Shown one piece after another: positions 1 through 12,629 of a DNA stretch of 64,000 bases (position 1 is its first letter; each line of letters begins with the position of its first letter). The stretch is from positions 11,780,001 to 11,844,000 of the forward strand of contig CM120640.1 of the NCBI GenBank assembly GCA_051362555.1, in the 5' to 3' direction. Under the pieces are notes generated by a model. It was given only the letters and a program-made list of their open reading frames with translations, was not told the DNA's origin and did not search any database. Position numbers and translations under genes: made by a program. Source of the stretch: Lingula anatina (lineage: Eukaryota; Animalia; Brachiopoda).

Positions 1-1039
1 ACAAAATACATTTGCTGCTTACACCAGCATTTTATTTATAATTTGTGTTATTTGATTTTCACGGCTATCACATTACATTTACAATTGTAATATATAAATT
101 AAATATTACAATTGGAAATGTAATATTAGGTACATACTTGAAAATGTTTTGTGCCCATGCACGCAACCTTCATCACTTGGTGGTCATGTTATTAGCTTCT
201 AATATAAGTAAAGGTCTCTCTTTTGTTTGATGCTTAAGTTATGAAACAGATCAATTAAAAAAAATAAATAATAATTATTTGAAACATTTACCCCTTTCAG
301 CATGACAGTTGCTTTATTTTGGCCTTGTTCTTAGGAAGCCTAAAACAGAATCTATTTGGTTTCCAACTTGCAAAAGGACTAAAATTAAGTCTAAAGGGGA
401 CTTGATCACAAAATTGTTTAAATGTGTGCATGTGTGATTTCTGTTTTGTATTTGGCTGCATCCCATTATAGTGACAGCCTTACAGAGATCCATTTAAAAT
501 AAAGTGGCAGCATTTTAGTTACCATTATTACAGGTTTAGCACTTAAAAACTGCTAAGATGATGTAAAGGTTGTGACAGTGAAAGTGAAATGTGAAAATTA
601 ACATATTTCAAAATTATTACAATGAAACATTTTTACAATGACTATGACCTAAATGACGCGATATGCAAGTAGTATACTACTGTGAAGGGTTAGTTATAAT
701 AAGCTTAGACCCTGAACTTGAATTAAGTTGGATATGATGTCTCATAGCTCTGTGCTGTGGCTGATTGAGGGTAACAGCTTTTTCATTATTGCAAGAAGTG
801 ATGTGATATGCTAGAAGTTTAATGGTACTATCATTGCAAGAGAGTAAAAGTGAATTAATGTTTTGTATTGAAAAAATTCAACTTACTGATTCTAATATGG
901 CTGAAGTGAAAAAGAATTTCTATTTTTTTGATAAATCAGTCTGCATTTTTAAAGAATACATGAAAAGAATGCAACTGTGACCTCTTACAGCATATTCTTT
1001 TTTAAAATTAAACTGCTTTAATTTTGTTTTAAATTGAAG

Positions 1040-1891
1040 GTTCGACAGCGAGTGATATTATTCTTCCAAGAACTTTGCCAGTTGATACAGCGAGAGTCCC
1101 AGGATGAGGAGCCAATGGTGGGCCAGCCTTGTACCATAAAGCGGCGGCGTTACGGCAGCACAGCCTATGGTGCTAATAGTCCCGAGGGGAGTGTTTTCCC
1201 GTCAGACTTCCCGTATGAAGCTGAACAACACTCTACACTCACCCAGCAGACTCAAAACAAAGGCAGCAACAAACCCATACCTAACTGTGATTCTCAGATT
1301 GATCTGGTTATGACTAAAGGAAGCACATCCAGTACTACATCTGGGTGCTCCAGTATGACAGACAATGAGGTACAAACTGCAGAAATCAGTGCAAATGGTC
1401 CTGACCTTGACCCCCAGCAGCCAGGGAGGTCAGGGTCACCAGTGTTCCAGCATTCAACCTGTGATGATGCGGATATTAAAGCACTAGTTACCAGCAGTAG
1501 TAATGCAGAAGCCCAGCAGCATTATGTCTGCCCCAATGTGTCCTTGTCACCCCTCGTAGAGCATAGACTGGAAAGGATATCTAGCATCAGCTCAGGCAGA
1601 AATAGTTTTGATGATGGTGACGTCATCCCACCCATTGTTGCTAATGTTCTCATAGCTTCTCATGGAGGTTGCTTGAAGGAGCTCATCCGCCATTTTGTAG
1701 ATGATCTAGAATGTAAAGTATTTGGAGGAAGAGGGCATGCACTGAGGGTCTCTCCTAATACTGGACTTTCTAGGTTCACTATTACACTATCAGAATTCGA
1801 TGATAAACCAAAGGTAACCTGCTTGCTTATACATGATAAAGACCACCTAAATGGCTATGAACTAGACACGGAAACAGAAGGCAATTTATAA
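1040..1891 (+). CDS. TIGAR: Terminal exon of TIGAR-like fructose-2,6-bisphosphatase (histidine phosphatase family); upstream exons lie outside the window
   Basis: Acceptor ttgaag|GTT at 1040, open to TAA 1891. VRQRVILFFQELCQLI ... VLIASHGG ... FVDDLECKV ... VSPNTGLSRFTI ... KPKVTCLLIHDKDHL parallels the C-terminal half of vertebrate TIGAR as recalled (FFEFLCQLI, VLVVSHGA, VTPNTGMSLF, MNLQDHL). Confidence 0.85.
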   Translation, partial: VRQRVILFFQELCQLIQRESQDEEPMVGQPCTIKRRRYGSTAYGANSPEGSVFPSDFPYEAEQHSTLTQQTQNKGSNKPIPNCDSQIDLVMTKGSTSSTTSGCSSMTDNEVQTAEISANGPDLDPQQPGRSGSPVFQHSTCDDADIKALVTSSSNAEAQQHYVCPNVSLSPLVEHRLERISSISSGRNSFDDGDVIPPIVANVLIASHGGCLKELIRHFVDDLECKVFGGRGHALRVSPNTGLSRFTITLSEFDDKPKVTCLLIHDKDHLNGYELDTETEGNL

Positions 1892-3285
1892 TGTCATCTT
1901 TGACTGGGCCTTCTATTCCCTTTGACTGATGAAAGAATTAGCATAAGGAATTTTGTGCATGATCATGTCTGGTTACAGTATGGGACTTGGAAAGGAATTA
2001 GTTGCTAGATTTTTGTTTGTTATTGTTGTAGGTGTTTTGATAAGAGTCCAGTTAATCTAAATTTGCTTGGCCAAGTAAAATTGTCTTCTTTTTGACTATA
2101 GCAAATATATTTCACACCAGAATAAAATATGGCAACCATTGCTATATAGATGTTAGTGAATAGGAACATAAGTTCATTTACAAACATGTTTTTAGTGTAT
2201 TAGAAATATTTGTATGTTATTCTGTTCAGCAAAAATGTCTTAAGGCAATGAGTAACATCTATTAACTAGCTAGAATTATGTCTTTAAAGGTAATGTAGGA
2301 AAAAAGCCTCAAAGGTCCCATTTGTTAAACATAGGCTCAATAGATTGGTTTATGAGCAATGCCCATTTGGTTTCAGTATCATGGTCAATTTTTTTATGTG
2401 AGGTGTAAAAGTCCCCATTTTGTAGAAGTCAGATATTTTGAAAAAATTTATTTTATCTAAATACTGTTTAACTAATGGTATTTCTTCTGAGCTGTTTATT
2501 TATTTACATAGACTTCCATATATGTTGTTATTATACAGGGGCTTAAAAAGCCTTTTCTGGAGAACACTTGTCTCTATATCCATACACTCTTACTGAAAAT
2601 AAAATAGATTCAATTTAAGCTCAAGTAGATTCTGTACATTCATTAGAGGTAGAGGTTGATTAAGTGATGAATGCAATATACAGCAGGTCTAAATAAACTT
2701 TGCAGAATGAGGTTGTTCAACTATGGGGCCGGACATACAGGGATAAGCACGGGTATTAATACATGCATGCACTCCCGGACAAGATTGAGTCACGCAACCT
2801 GAACTTGACACTGATCACTCAAACAGTTAAAAACAAAAAGATAAATAGGGCCTCCAGAATATGACACCTTATATCCCTTTCAAATAGTAAATTGTGACAA
2901 ACATATTCTTCATTGATTAAGTGCAAAGTAGCCACTAGCTTTTAAAAAGTCCAGTATGCAGTGCTCTTTTTTTTTTTTTAGTAATTAATGCAGAACTTTC
3001 TCCAGTTTTGGTATTACTAGTAAGGAGGCGGGGGCCTGGCTAATCTGTTGGTTACGTGTATATTATGCTTATCCATGCTGATGTGCGGCGCTTTAATGTA
3101 AACATTTTTTAGTGTTTGCCATTATTTGTTAACTTTTCTGAAAATCAAATTATATTATAACTATTCTTTTATTTCATCTTATCAAACTATTTCTATCATG
3201 GTATTGTGCGAACCTGTCATAAAAACGAAATGTTGTTTGGATACACTAAAAAAAAATTAATGTATCATGTAACTGTATACATTTG

Positions 3286-3457
3286 CAGGTGTGACAGGAA
3301 TGGTAGTCCGCTAGGAGCTGTTGTCCGTTTCCCATTACTTTGTACATATGACATACGTCCCACATACTAACCACAGTACTCCAATTAACCCGAACTTCTA
3401 ATAATTAAAAGAGACCCCGGTCTTCCTTTCCTAGGACTAGCATTCCTGTCACCCCTG
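3286..3457. mobile_element. Small MITE with CAGG...CCTG termini (hAT-like)
   Basis: TIRs caggtgtgacaggaatggtagtcc / ggactagcattcctgtcacccctg. A related left end occurs at ~30777-30830. TSD degenerate. Confidence 0.55.
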
Positions 3458-4315
3458 TACGTCCCACGTGAAAGAAATAAACAAGAAGACAAATGTTATT
3501 TCAGAAAAAAAATCAAACAAATTAGAATTGTCCTAAATCTTGTTAAAATGTTTTCTACTATTCTGTCCCGCGAAAAATATTTTTTTTTTGAGAGTTGAGT
3601 TTTTTATCAGTGTAGTAAAAAGAGATGTTTGCCGTTGGAATTTGGCAGGAATGCCGATTGCGGTTTGTCGTTGCCGTACCTAATCACGCTACTGTATACG
3701 GGATCTACACGCCAAAATGAACATTCCACGGGAAATAAACAATTTTTCCTACTAATGAATCACTGCTCAACCCGTCCCTGCACTTGGATTCGATGTTTTA
3801 CTCCATTTTTAATTGAATTATTTAGTTCTAAATGACTGGCCAGACATTTAAAGCGAATTTTTTCCTGTATGTTCCAGAATGAACTATCGACGTCAGGTAC
3901 TTTTATTTTGATGGGTTTTATAGATTTTAAGGTCTGAATTGGGAAAATTAGTAGCTTTGCATGATATGTAGACATAGCAAATATTGCTTCGGGAAATTTT
4001 CATACGCGTATAGTTTGGTCCAAGTTTGTACACTGTAATATGCATGTTTTTCGTCGTTGATATACATAACAATCTCGCTGTAACTTGGGGGGAAAATATC
4101 AGTATTATCAAAGGTTCAAATAAGTATTAGGAATAATTTTTCTCAAATTTATTTCCTGTTTATGCAATAAATCCATATAAATAAACAATTGTAGCAAACT
4201 CAATTTACTACGTTTTAAAGAGCCTGTTTTTAAGAGCCAGACCATTATTTTCTTAATTCCTGTATTAGTTGTGGCCTACGAAACACTCTGTGACTGTTAC
4301 AAACGTTACTGGTTT

Positions 4316-7300
4316 CTAGCGCCCGTATCTTTCGACGTAAGACTTTGAAGCTTCCTTACAGCTCTCTGCCGCAGAATCAGGCCAATCACAAATTTGACGA
4401 TCTTCGTTGAATACCAAGCCTGTTGAAAAAAAGTTTAAAAGCGCAGATTACATGTGGGTTCACTGTATGTCCAACATATATTGAAGAATGAATAACAACA
4501 GTAACTGCTTTACACGGATGGATCAAGTTTCCTTTAAATATTTCAATTCTTCATGAACAGAACTGACCTCTATTACTTCATATAAGAATAATAAAATGCA
4601 AAGATTTTCATAAGTCCCAATTAAATGAACTGTGTGAAATGTGCCTCTTCTGGGCCAAATGCAGACTAAAGCAAAGAATAGAGCTCAGTAGCGGGGTACA
4701 TACGTACAATGTATGATTGCAACCATTTTTACCTCACGGGATGAAAAGTATAAGTGAGTATCTTTACCTGGGTTACACTTATTTGTTCCCATGAAATGTC
4801 CCTCGTGACACGTGTAGTAATAAGTACAGTCTCGCTCAGCATCGGCGTATTTTCCGTTCTCCTTCTCCATACAGTCTTGCTTTACCCCACACGGAGCTGG
4901 GGCATTCTCTCGCCTATGAAAACAAAATACCAGTAGGATTTCAAATAAAGACGGACTTAAGTAAAAGAAAAATAAGTTTGAAGACAATAGTTTAAATGGT
5001 TTTCCACTTATTATTCTATCTATGAAAGTGCACGGGGACAACAGACGCAGGTAACGACTACGCGTAAAGACGTGTCTGTACATAAAAAGGGAATATTTTA
5101 TCGATGCGGTCTGTATCGGTACACTCTGAGGGGTACTAACAAGTAACACGTTACGCCCCCCGCTCTCTATACTTAATCGTGTTGAGCATGGATGCTTCGT
5201 TTAGGTTGACCCCATTACGAAATAACCAAGCTATTTAATATTTGCTAAAATCAAAAAGTGCACCGGTGAAGACTGCACCCAAGACTGGATTGAAAATCGA
5301 TGCCGCTCGTTGTGAAAAAAGGGCCAAACAGTTTTTTTGAATCTGCACTTTTGCAGTTTGTCAAACTATTGAGAGAAACATATGCTAAAGCAATACTTCA
5401 TTTATATTGATTAGTAGCAGCCAAATCTTTTTTATGCCTTTACTGGCTACTTCATAACTGTATACTGTTATTACCTATCACAGTCCCCAATATCTGTATT
5501 GAGTACGTAGTTGTAGTCGCATTCCACAAAAAAAGTTTTTCCAGAGACACATCTGTAGAAAGCTCTGCATCCACTCTCAATCACACCATCAGATCGTTTA
5601 GAACAATCGAAGTCTGAGTGAGTTGTCGGCCTCACCTTCCCGTGATTTATTGGTGGTGCTGCAATGCAGAAATTACTTGACGTATTAGTGATTCACGTGC
5701 TCTTGGTATGGGTAGGGGAACTGAGAGAAGGTGCTACAAGTACTAGCGAGCTGAAGACCAAGGTATCACAGTCTGCACAAGATCATAAATGCAACTCAAT
5801 ATTGTTATCGTCTATTTGGCTTTATGATAATATTATGAAACCCTGGACAAAAGCCAATTAATGAATTACACATTTTATGTGTCTCAATGAATTTCATGGT
5901 GTAGTATCTAGTAAGAGTTGAATTCCACTGAATCATAAAAGAAAAAAATTGTCAACCGATACACGGGATGTAGAAACATGAATGAATATTTTAATACCTT
6001 TAATTTCTCCCTGTAGCTTTGTAGCTGTGACTACACCGTCCTTGATGTCCTCTGGATCAGGCAAATCGGCACTCTCTTGGTGTTTACTGTCCCCTCCATC
6101 CATGTCGAATAACCCTGAAAGGGGGTCCGCATCCTGCTTACTAGGAATGTCCAGTTTTGGAAAGAAGGGAGGGCTTATCTCCTCTGTTAGCCCGTTTTGT
6201 TCTGGGACGTCCGGAAGGACATTGTGTCCGGGAAGCGATGAAGGGTGGTTGTACTCTTGAGGAATGCGAGGACCATTCTGTTCACGAAATACCGGTGGCC
6301 AATTGTTTCCTGGTAACATAAGAGCACCATTGTGTGCAGGAGACTCTACAAGTCCACGTTCTGGAAAATCATAAAGCCCTTTGTGCTCGGGGGAAACTAT
6401 TTCGCCATCAAACTCACTAGACGTGTGTGTTTTTTGTAAATTTTGAAAATTGTCTGGGTGAACACGATTGACTGTCGTGGGGGCTTGTTTGTTATAATCT
6501 CCTGCACCAAAGCCATCGATGTCTGACCGAGGAGCTCCCGAAACAAGTTTGCGTGATCCTGAGCGTAAAGACACTGGCTTGTTCTTGAAATCGTACTGGT
6601 TGCGATCAAAGACATTTATGTTTCTAGTTTTGTCACTATTGTCAAAGCGTTGTGAACTGGGTAATGCTAGTTGTTGGCCCAAATTCCTATATGACGAACT
6701 GTCAAATGAAGGATCTGACACAGGACGCAAATCCTGATTACCATTTGGGTCGTGGTCCTCTTGTAAAAGGTAACCTGAACGTCTGTCTGCATTACTTTTC
6801 ATATCAACACTAGCATGTCCTCTGTCAGGAAAGACTTCTAGGTTGCCATGTTCTTTACCGTCTGTAAAGCCTTCTAGGTTACCATGCTCTCTTCTGTCAG
6901 GGAAATGCTCCATACTACCATGCTCTGTACTGTCAGGAAAGTGTTCCATATAACCATGATTTCTACTGTTAGGAAAGAGTTCCATATCACCATGATCTCT
7001 TCTTTTAGGAAAGTATTCCATATTACCATGCTCTGTACTGCCAGGAAAGTGTTCTGCGTTACCACGTTCTCTATTGCCTGGAAAACGGTTTTGTTTAACT
7101 GGTTGCACTATGTGCTCTGGAAACTGTTGGTTTGGAGTACTTTGAATCCTGTCTACTGGAGCATTTGGTTGTAACTCATGGGGCAGTCTATTATATAAAT
7201 GATCATTCTGAAATGGTGGTTGAGCACGTTGTTGAAAGCCTTGGCTGGGTTGTACAGGTTGTGGTCCTATCCTTCTTGCGCTACTTTCTAATTCTGGCGC

Positions 7301-9952
7301 AATAACATGGAGCGTACCGGTTTTAAATTCTTCTTCATTTTCCTGTAGGCCACCGACGTTCTGAAGGTTTTTATCATGGTTCTGAGATTCGGCGCTTTGA
7401 GGCTTTGGCTTTATTGTGTTTGCTTGTCCAGTTAAAGAGTGCGGCGTATGGTCTATAGGGAAGTCTCCCAGGCCATCATTCCTATCCATTGTGTTATGTC
7501 TAGCGGCACCAGGAAAATTCTCATTAGGGTTGAATGCATCGCCTGGTTTCTCTTCTGTCTCTTTACCAGTGTTCCTGGACGGTCCCAAATCTGCATTTAA
7601 ATTCCATGATTGTCCTGTGCCTTTGTCTTTCTGAGTTGGGCTATTAGGTCGCAGAAGAGGACGACCTCTCAAATAATCATTCTTAGTTAAAAAGTTTGGT
7701 TTCTCAAAGCGGCCTGTTTTCCCTGTACGGGTTTCAGCAATACTCGAGGTGATAAACCTTTCATTACTTAATCTCGACTGACCGGTGGTAGAATGTGGTC
7801 TGAGGCCATACCTGGTTAAATGTCGTGTCGGCAACAGGTCTACATCGCTATCTTTACTATCAATACTATCATCGTTTCTGTGTGAAATTGGACCACGCTC
7901 TTTAAATAATTCATTTTCAACTGTAGTGACCCCATTTGTGTAACCGGCAGCTGGGAATTCGTTGCTACCACTTGGATATCCATCGCCTTTGTAACCATCA
8001 GTATTTTCGTTGTTATAAACTGTGGATACTACATCTTTACCAGTTCCTCCTACATGTCCGTCAGAATTATGGCCATTTAACTGATCGTTATTATATCCGC
8101 CTGCAAACCAGTTATTACGCTTGGGTTCGTCACCGTTATCATCTATATATCTGCCCTTTGTATTGTCCTCCACATTTCCACCATTTGTATTGTCTGCATA
8201 CCCACCAACGTTGCCATGCTGAAACCCATTACTTTGTCCGTGTACAAAGCCTGTACCCATCATATGTTTTTGCTTATTGTTCCTGTCATTTTTATCAAGG
8301 GTCGAAGAGAGCGCATATTGTTGGTGCATCAAGCCTTGGAAATTTTCCTTTTCCCTGTGGTCTCTTGGATCTGGTGATCCAGGATGCAGAGTATGGGTGA
8401 CTCCATTCTTGAGCGGCGGGCCAGGCGAAATGTGCGGACCTTTAGGTACTGTAAGAATACATTTGACGGTCAAACAGAGTAACTGGAAACGCGGTACATT
8501 CTACGCATATTGTTTGAAAAAGAAAAATCTGTAAATATTTCTCAAAAATCCAGGTAATTGAAATTCGTAAAATCTATCTTCCTGTTAAATAGTAGTACAT
8601 GGCAGGATCCTAAAATCCCTAATATGTAATTTATGAGTAGGCTACATGTAGGCTACATGACTTACCTGCTACCCAGATGTCTGTTTCCATGTCTACCCAA
8701 ATATCAGATGCGTGGAAAGTGTTACTAGCTGTACACTTAAACCGGTAAAAGCCACTTTTTGTAATTCCATAGTAATTTTTTCGCCGCAGGTCTCCCATGT
8801 ACAAATGACTTCTCTTAGTCAAAATAATCTCACTGGACGGCTGAATCAATTTCCACGTATATTTTGGCCTTGGATTTCCGTTTGCATGACAGATGTATGT
8901 TTCCTGATCTTGCTGGTAGTCGATTCGAGCACTGCGTACGGGGACTGCGAATAGCAAAACAACGAATTCATATACTTCTTAATATAAGGACAGAACAATG
9001 TTTGTCTAGTTAAGAACATTTTATTTCTACCACAAAAATACAAGTTTGTAATTGCATAAATATATATTTTGTCACTTTAATGTATGCTATATTTCACCAA
9101 GTTAACATAAAATATGAGATTGCTTTCTAATGTTTGAGAGTTTTAAACGAATCTCTCGACAAAAAGCAACAAAGGACATAATATTATCTTGTTGAAATAT
9201 GCTTCAAAATATAAAGCATTCAGAGCAGATCGAAGACAGTCATCAGAACTATAATTGTGGCGATGTTTGTGAGTTTCCAATTGGTTTTGCTGGCCGTGTT
9301 TGGCAGACCCATGACATGCGGTCGGTAGCGGCAATATGCCTCACGTGGCTGAGAAAAGCGTCTGAAGTGAGCAAACCACTTACATTTCACGTCGAGGGCT
9401 ACATCATAATACAGCGGTTCATCCGGGCCGCTGCTCTTAGTTGCACACCGATAGACGGCAGCATCGTCTTCAGCGAACAGCTGCAGTTCCAGGGAGCTTA
9501 CTGCATACACTGTTCGGTTGAAAAGTGGAGTTGTCTCACTATGGATCGTACCGTGCTTAATTGGCTTGAAGTCCGTGTCACTTGCACGACGACGAAACCA
9601 CAGCAACTCCCCCGCGGGTTTCCCAACGTTAGCTCGGCAGTACAAGGTTGTGTTTTCCCCTTCTTCAAAATATTGTTTAGTGTCGTCGATGAATGGCCAA
9701 GATGGTGCCACTATATATAATAAAACAAAACATAAAATTATTAAAAACGGAAATCTGCATATCTGTGGTCTACACAGATAACTCATGCATGTTTAACTGG
9801 TTTGCAATCACGAAGAAGTTTTTTTCTTAAAATTATTTGCTAACTTTTTGCGTTTTACTAAAAGAAAAATGAATATTTCTCTGAATTACCGAAATAAAAT
9901 TGTACAAATATGCCTTATCTTCGATACATACCGGTAGTTGCAAGGGCATGGC

Positions 9953-10004
<52 letters not shown>

Positions 10005-11174
10005 GGGGGGGGGGGGAGGGGGGGAATTTAGTAGGGCAACCATTACCCTTTGACGTTCCAGGAAAGACATTTTCACAATAACTCACCTCGGACGTCCATC
10101 TTCTTAACGTCAGCTACAGCAGGGCCGCCGATGGGTTTGATCAGACACTCATAATAGGCCTCATCTATCAACAGTACTGGATTGATAGTCAGCAGAACGA
10201 AGTTATTCCATGATTTTAGCCTCTCAAATCTGGGCTCATCAAACGGAAGAGAACCACTTCCACTCGAATCTTCTTTGTAGCCTCGCATAACATGCGGCCT
10301 ATTTGTGGTGGTAGCATTTCTCATTTGTCGCAAGAATTTTTGGACTTCTTCTGTGGGGGTAACAATTTCTCGATTTTGTTTGTCGCCAAGCGTGTCAGTG
10401 GTAATGGCCGAGCGATGCGCGGAGACGGAGGTCGTGGCCCGCTTGGTAAGATACCTTTGCGTGTTCTGTTTAAAATGCGGTTCCACATCTGTTTTGGTGG
10501 GCAATAATTCATCATTTGGCGCGCTTTCGCTTTCAGGCTGGAAACTAGTGTAATGCGACAGTGGTTGTGAAATCGAATCCAGCATGGCACCCGATCCTAA
10601 CTCATACTGGAGGAATGCTCTGCCCTTTAGGTCGTTATAGGACTGATTATAGAACGGTAGCGGGCTAAATTCGTAAACGAAGACTCTTCTTTTGGCTCCA
10701 GCGTATATTTTAGTCCAAGAAATATACTGTATTGTAAAGTCTGTCCCGTCAAAACCGCATCGTAGAGTTACTGGGCCACCAAATTTAGCATATTTGTTCG
10801 CCTGTAATTCCACCTCTGTAATTGGTTGAGGAGTCACTGAAAAACAAAATCGTCGTTAAGTTATAATTATAATTTACTACTACAAATTCCACTAGGAGAT
10901 TTCAAGTTTAAACCAGCCATTGCAAATGCTATATATTTATTAATTGAAATTGCAAGTTAACTCCTCAACAGTTGAAAACATATCTCTAAGTTTTAAAACT
11001 GTATTTATCGTGACAATTATCTGTTACGTTTGACATTCTAAAAATCTCAGAGTGTGGCAACAAGGCATATGAATCATTTTGCCCCAAATAAGTATTTGAA
11101 AGCATGATTTTTCAAAACTTACCTGAAAACACAGCTAAGCCTATAAGAGCAAATGCGATTCCTCGTTTCCACAT
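4316..11174 (-). CDS. Secreted Ig x3 + long low-complexity region + CBM14 x2 chitin-binding protein (~1430 aa)
   Basis: Exons (minus strand): 11174-11123 (MWKRGIAFALIGLAVFS, signal peptide); 10836-10087 (V-like Ig: VTLRC, ISWTK, GRAFL, DEAYYEC); 9710-9384 (Ig: LYCRANVGKPAGELLW, DDAAVYRC); 8944-8666 (Ig: YICHANGNPRPKYTW, SGFYRFKCTASN); 8448-5998 (low complexity); 5658-5475 (CSKRSDG..GCRAFYRC..ECDYNYVLN..GDCD); 4913-4768 (CMEKENGKYAD..CTYYYTC..KCNPG); 4419-4316 (LVFNEDRQICDWP..YGR*). All introns GT-AG and phase-compatible; total 4293 nt = 1431 codons. Confidence 0.85.
6813..7085 (-). repeat. Coding 36-nt tandem repeat (~7.5 units of 12 aa, consensus FPDxxEHGNMEH)
   Basis: FPGNRERGNAEH/FPGSTEHGNMEY/FPKRRDHGDMEL/FPNSRNHGYMEH/FPDSTEHGSMEH/FPDRREHGNLEG/FTDGKEHGNLEV/FPDRGH; ccatg recurs every 36 nt on the plus strand. 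Confidence 0.9.
9955..10024. repeat. Intronic T48 homopolymer abutting a G-run
   Basis: T 9955-10002 followed by G14-A-G7. Confidence 0.9.
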
Positions 11175-12629
11175 TTTGAATCTGAGGACAGGCCGTTACA
11201 TTATTCCCATTAGGGTAATTGATCAAGTGAAAATAATACAGAAAGCAAATATGTGGCCCTCATAAAGAGAAATTGCACGATGATGCGATAGAATTGGCGG
11301 TTAAACCAACTGTTACCAACCAGTAAGAATGATGTTTCCACAGGTCGAACAATTAAAATCTGATAACCCTTCTTGCATTTCAAACATCCACTTAAGAAGA
11401 GTTTCGTGGCCACTACCTTGCCTCGCACAAGTTTCTTTACAGTAGCAGATTTTCTTGTCGCCTTTAGGTTATCTGTTACAATTTTCTACTTCCATCTGTT
11501 GTCAGAACGTTTAGACACACGCAATTATAATGCGGCAGCTGTCACATGAACACGCCCAGGAGACGCACACACCCGCACTTTAAATTGTTTAATATTTAAA
11601 ATATGAACTGAAACTTACCGGTATGAATGGATGCTTCTTGGAAATAACAGTAGCGGATACAGCCACCCTCACACCTTTTTTTAAAAAAGGAGAAGAGATC
11701 CAATCTAAGGCCTTAAGTCGCGTCTCTAATATTGTTAAAAATCACCCTTACTGAGAACCAATTTTCAGAAAAAAATTCCGGAACAGAAAGTTCACCCAAG
11801 GACTAGCTTTTAGATAATAACCCACACTGGAATCACAAAAGTACGTTCAACACATTAAAAAATGAACAACATTGCACTCTATAATAGTATTTCAAAAGCA
11901 ATATACAGTAATTTATCATTAACTACACAAAGCAGACACGCAATGTGTGTGTGTGTGTGGGGGGGAGGGGGGGGGGGGTGTAATGACAGACCGCTGTCGG
12001 GGATAGATAACGCTTTTATGCTTTTCTGTGCGCCACGAATCCTGCATCTTGATTCGAATCATTACAATGTCTTTTTTATTTGTAATGGAAACAGCTTGAT
12101 TCAAAATGATACTTGTTCAGTCATTAACAAGCAATATCTTAATGAGCTAGACTGTTAAGCCTACTGGCTTCATTAGAAAAAGCTTTACAGTCGTCATTTC
12201 TCATAAGCTACGGTAATTTTAATAAGAATATGATTGTTTAATGTTCGGTTGATTACGATTATTATTGCCAGTCTTCTCAAAACATGACTCAGGCAAAAAC
12301 AAAACCGCGTTACTTATTAGACTTCGCATATTTGCATGTTTAACCAAAGAAATATTAATTCCGTAGATATATATAGAAAAACCACCAACACCTCGGCGTG
12401 CTTTACACGGACTTTAGCTCAAGGAGAGCACTAATGCACAAAATCCTCAGGAGCCCAGCCATGCCAGCTCTGATTTTTTTGATATAGCGTTTTTAAAATA
12501 GGGCAAGAATCGACCACCTCTAGATATTATACCACGTAATCGGACAGTGCGCATTTTTTAGTTTAATGTTGTGGCATTTGTAAACACATACAAATATGTC
12601 ATAAAAATGCTGCTATCTTAACATTTTAG

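Noticed and set aside
5659-5772. Alternative acceptor at 5772 for the first CBM14 exon
   Set aside because: Gives an in-frame TGA; the acceptor at 5658 keeps the frame.
5982-8534. Plus-strand and alternative-frame ORFs over the large exon
   Set aside because: Shadows of the 2.45-kb minus-strand exon and its 36-nt repeat.
9886-10086. ORF with poly-Pro/poly-Lys
   Set aside because: Translation of intronic homopolymers; the flanking exons join in phase without it.
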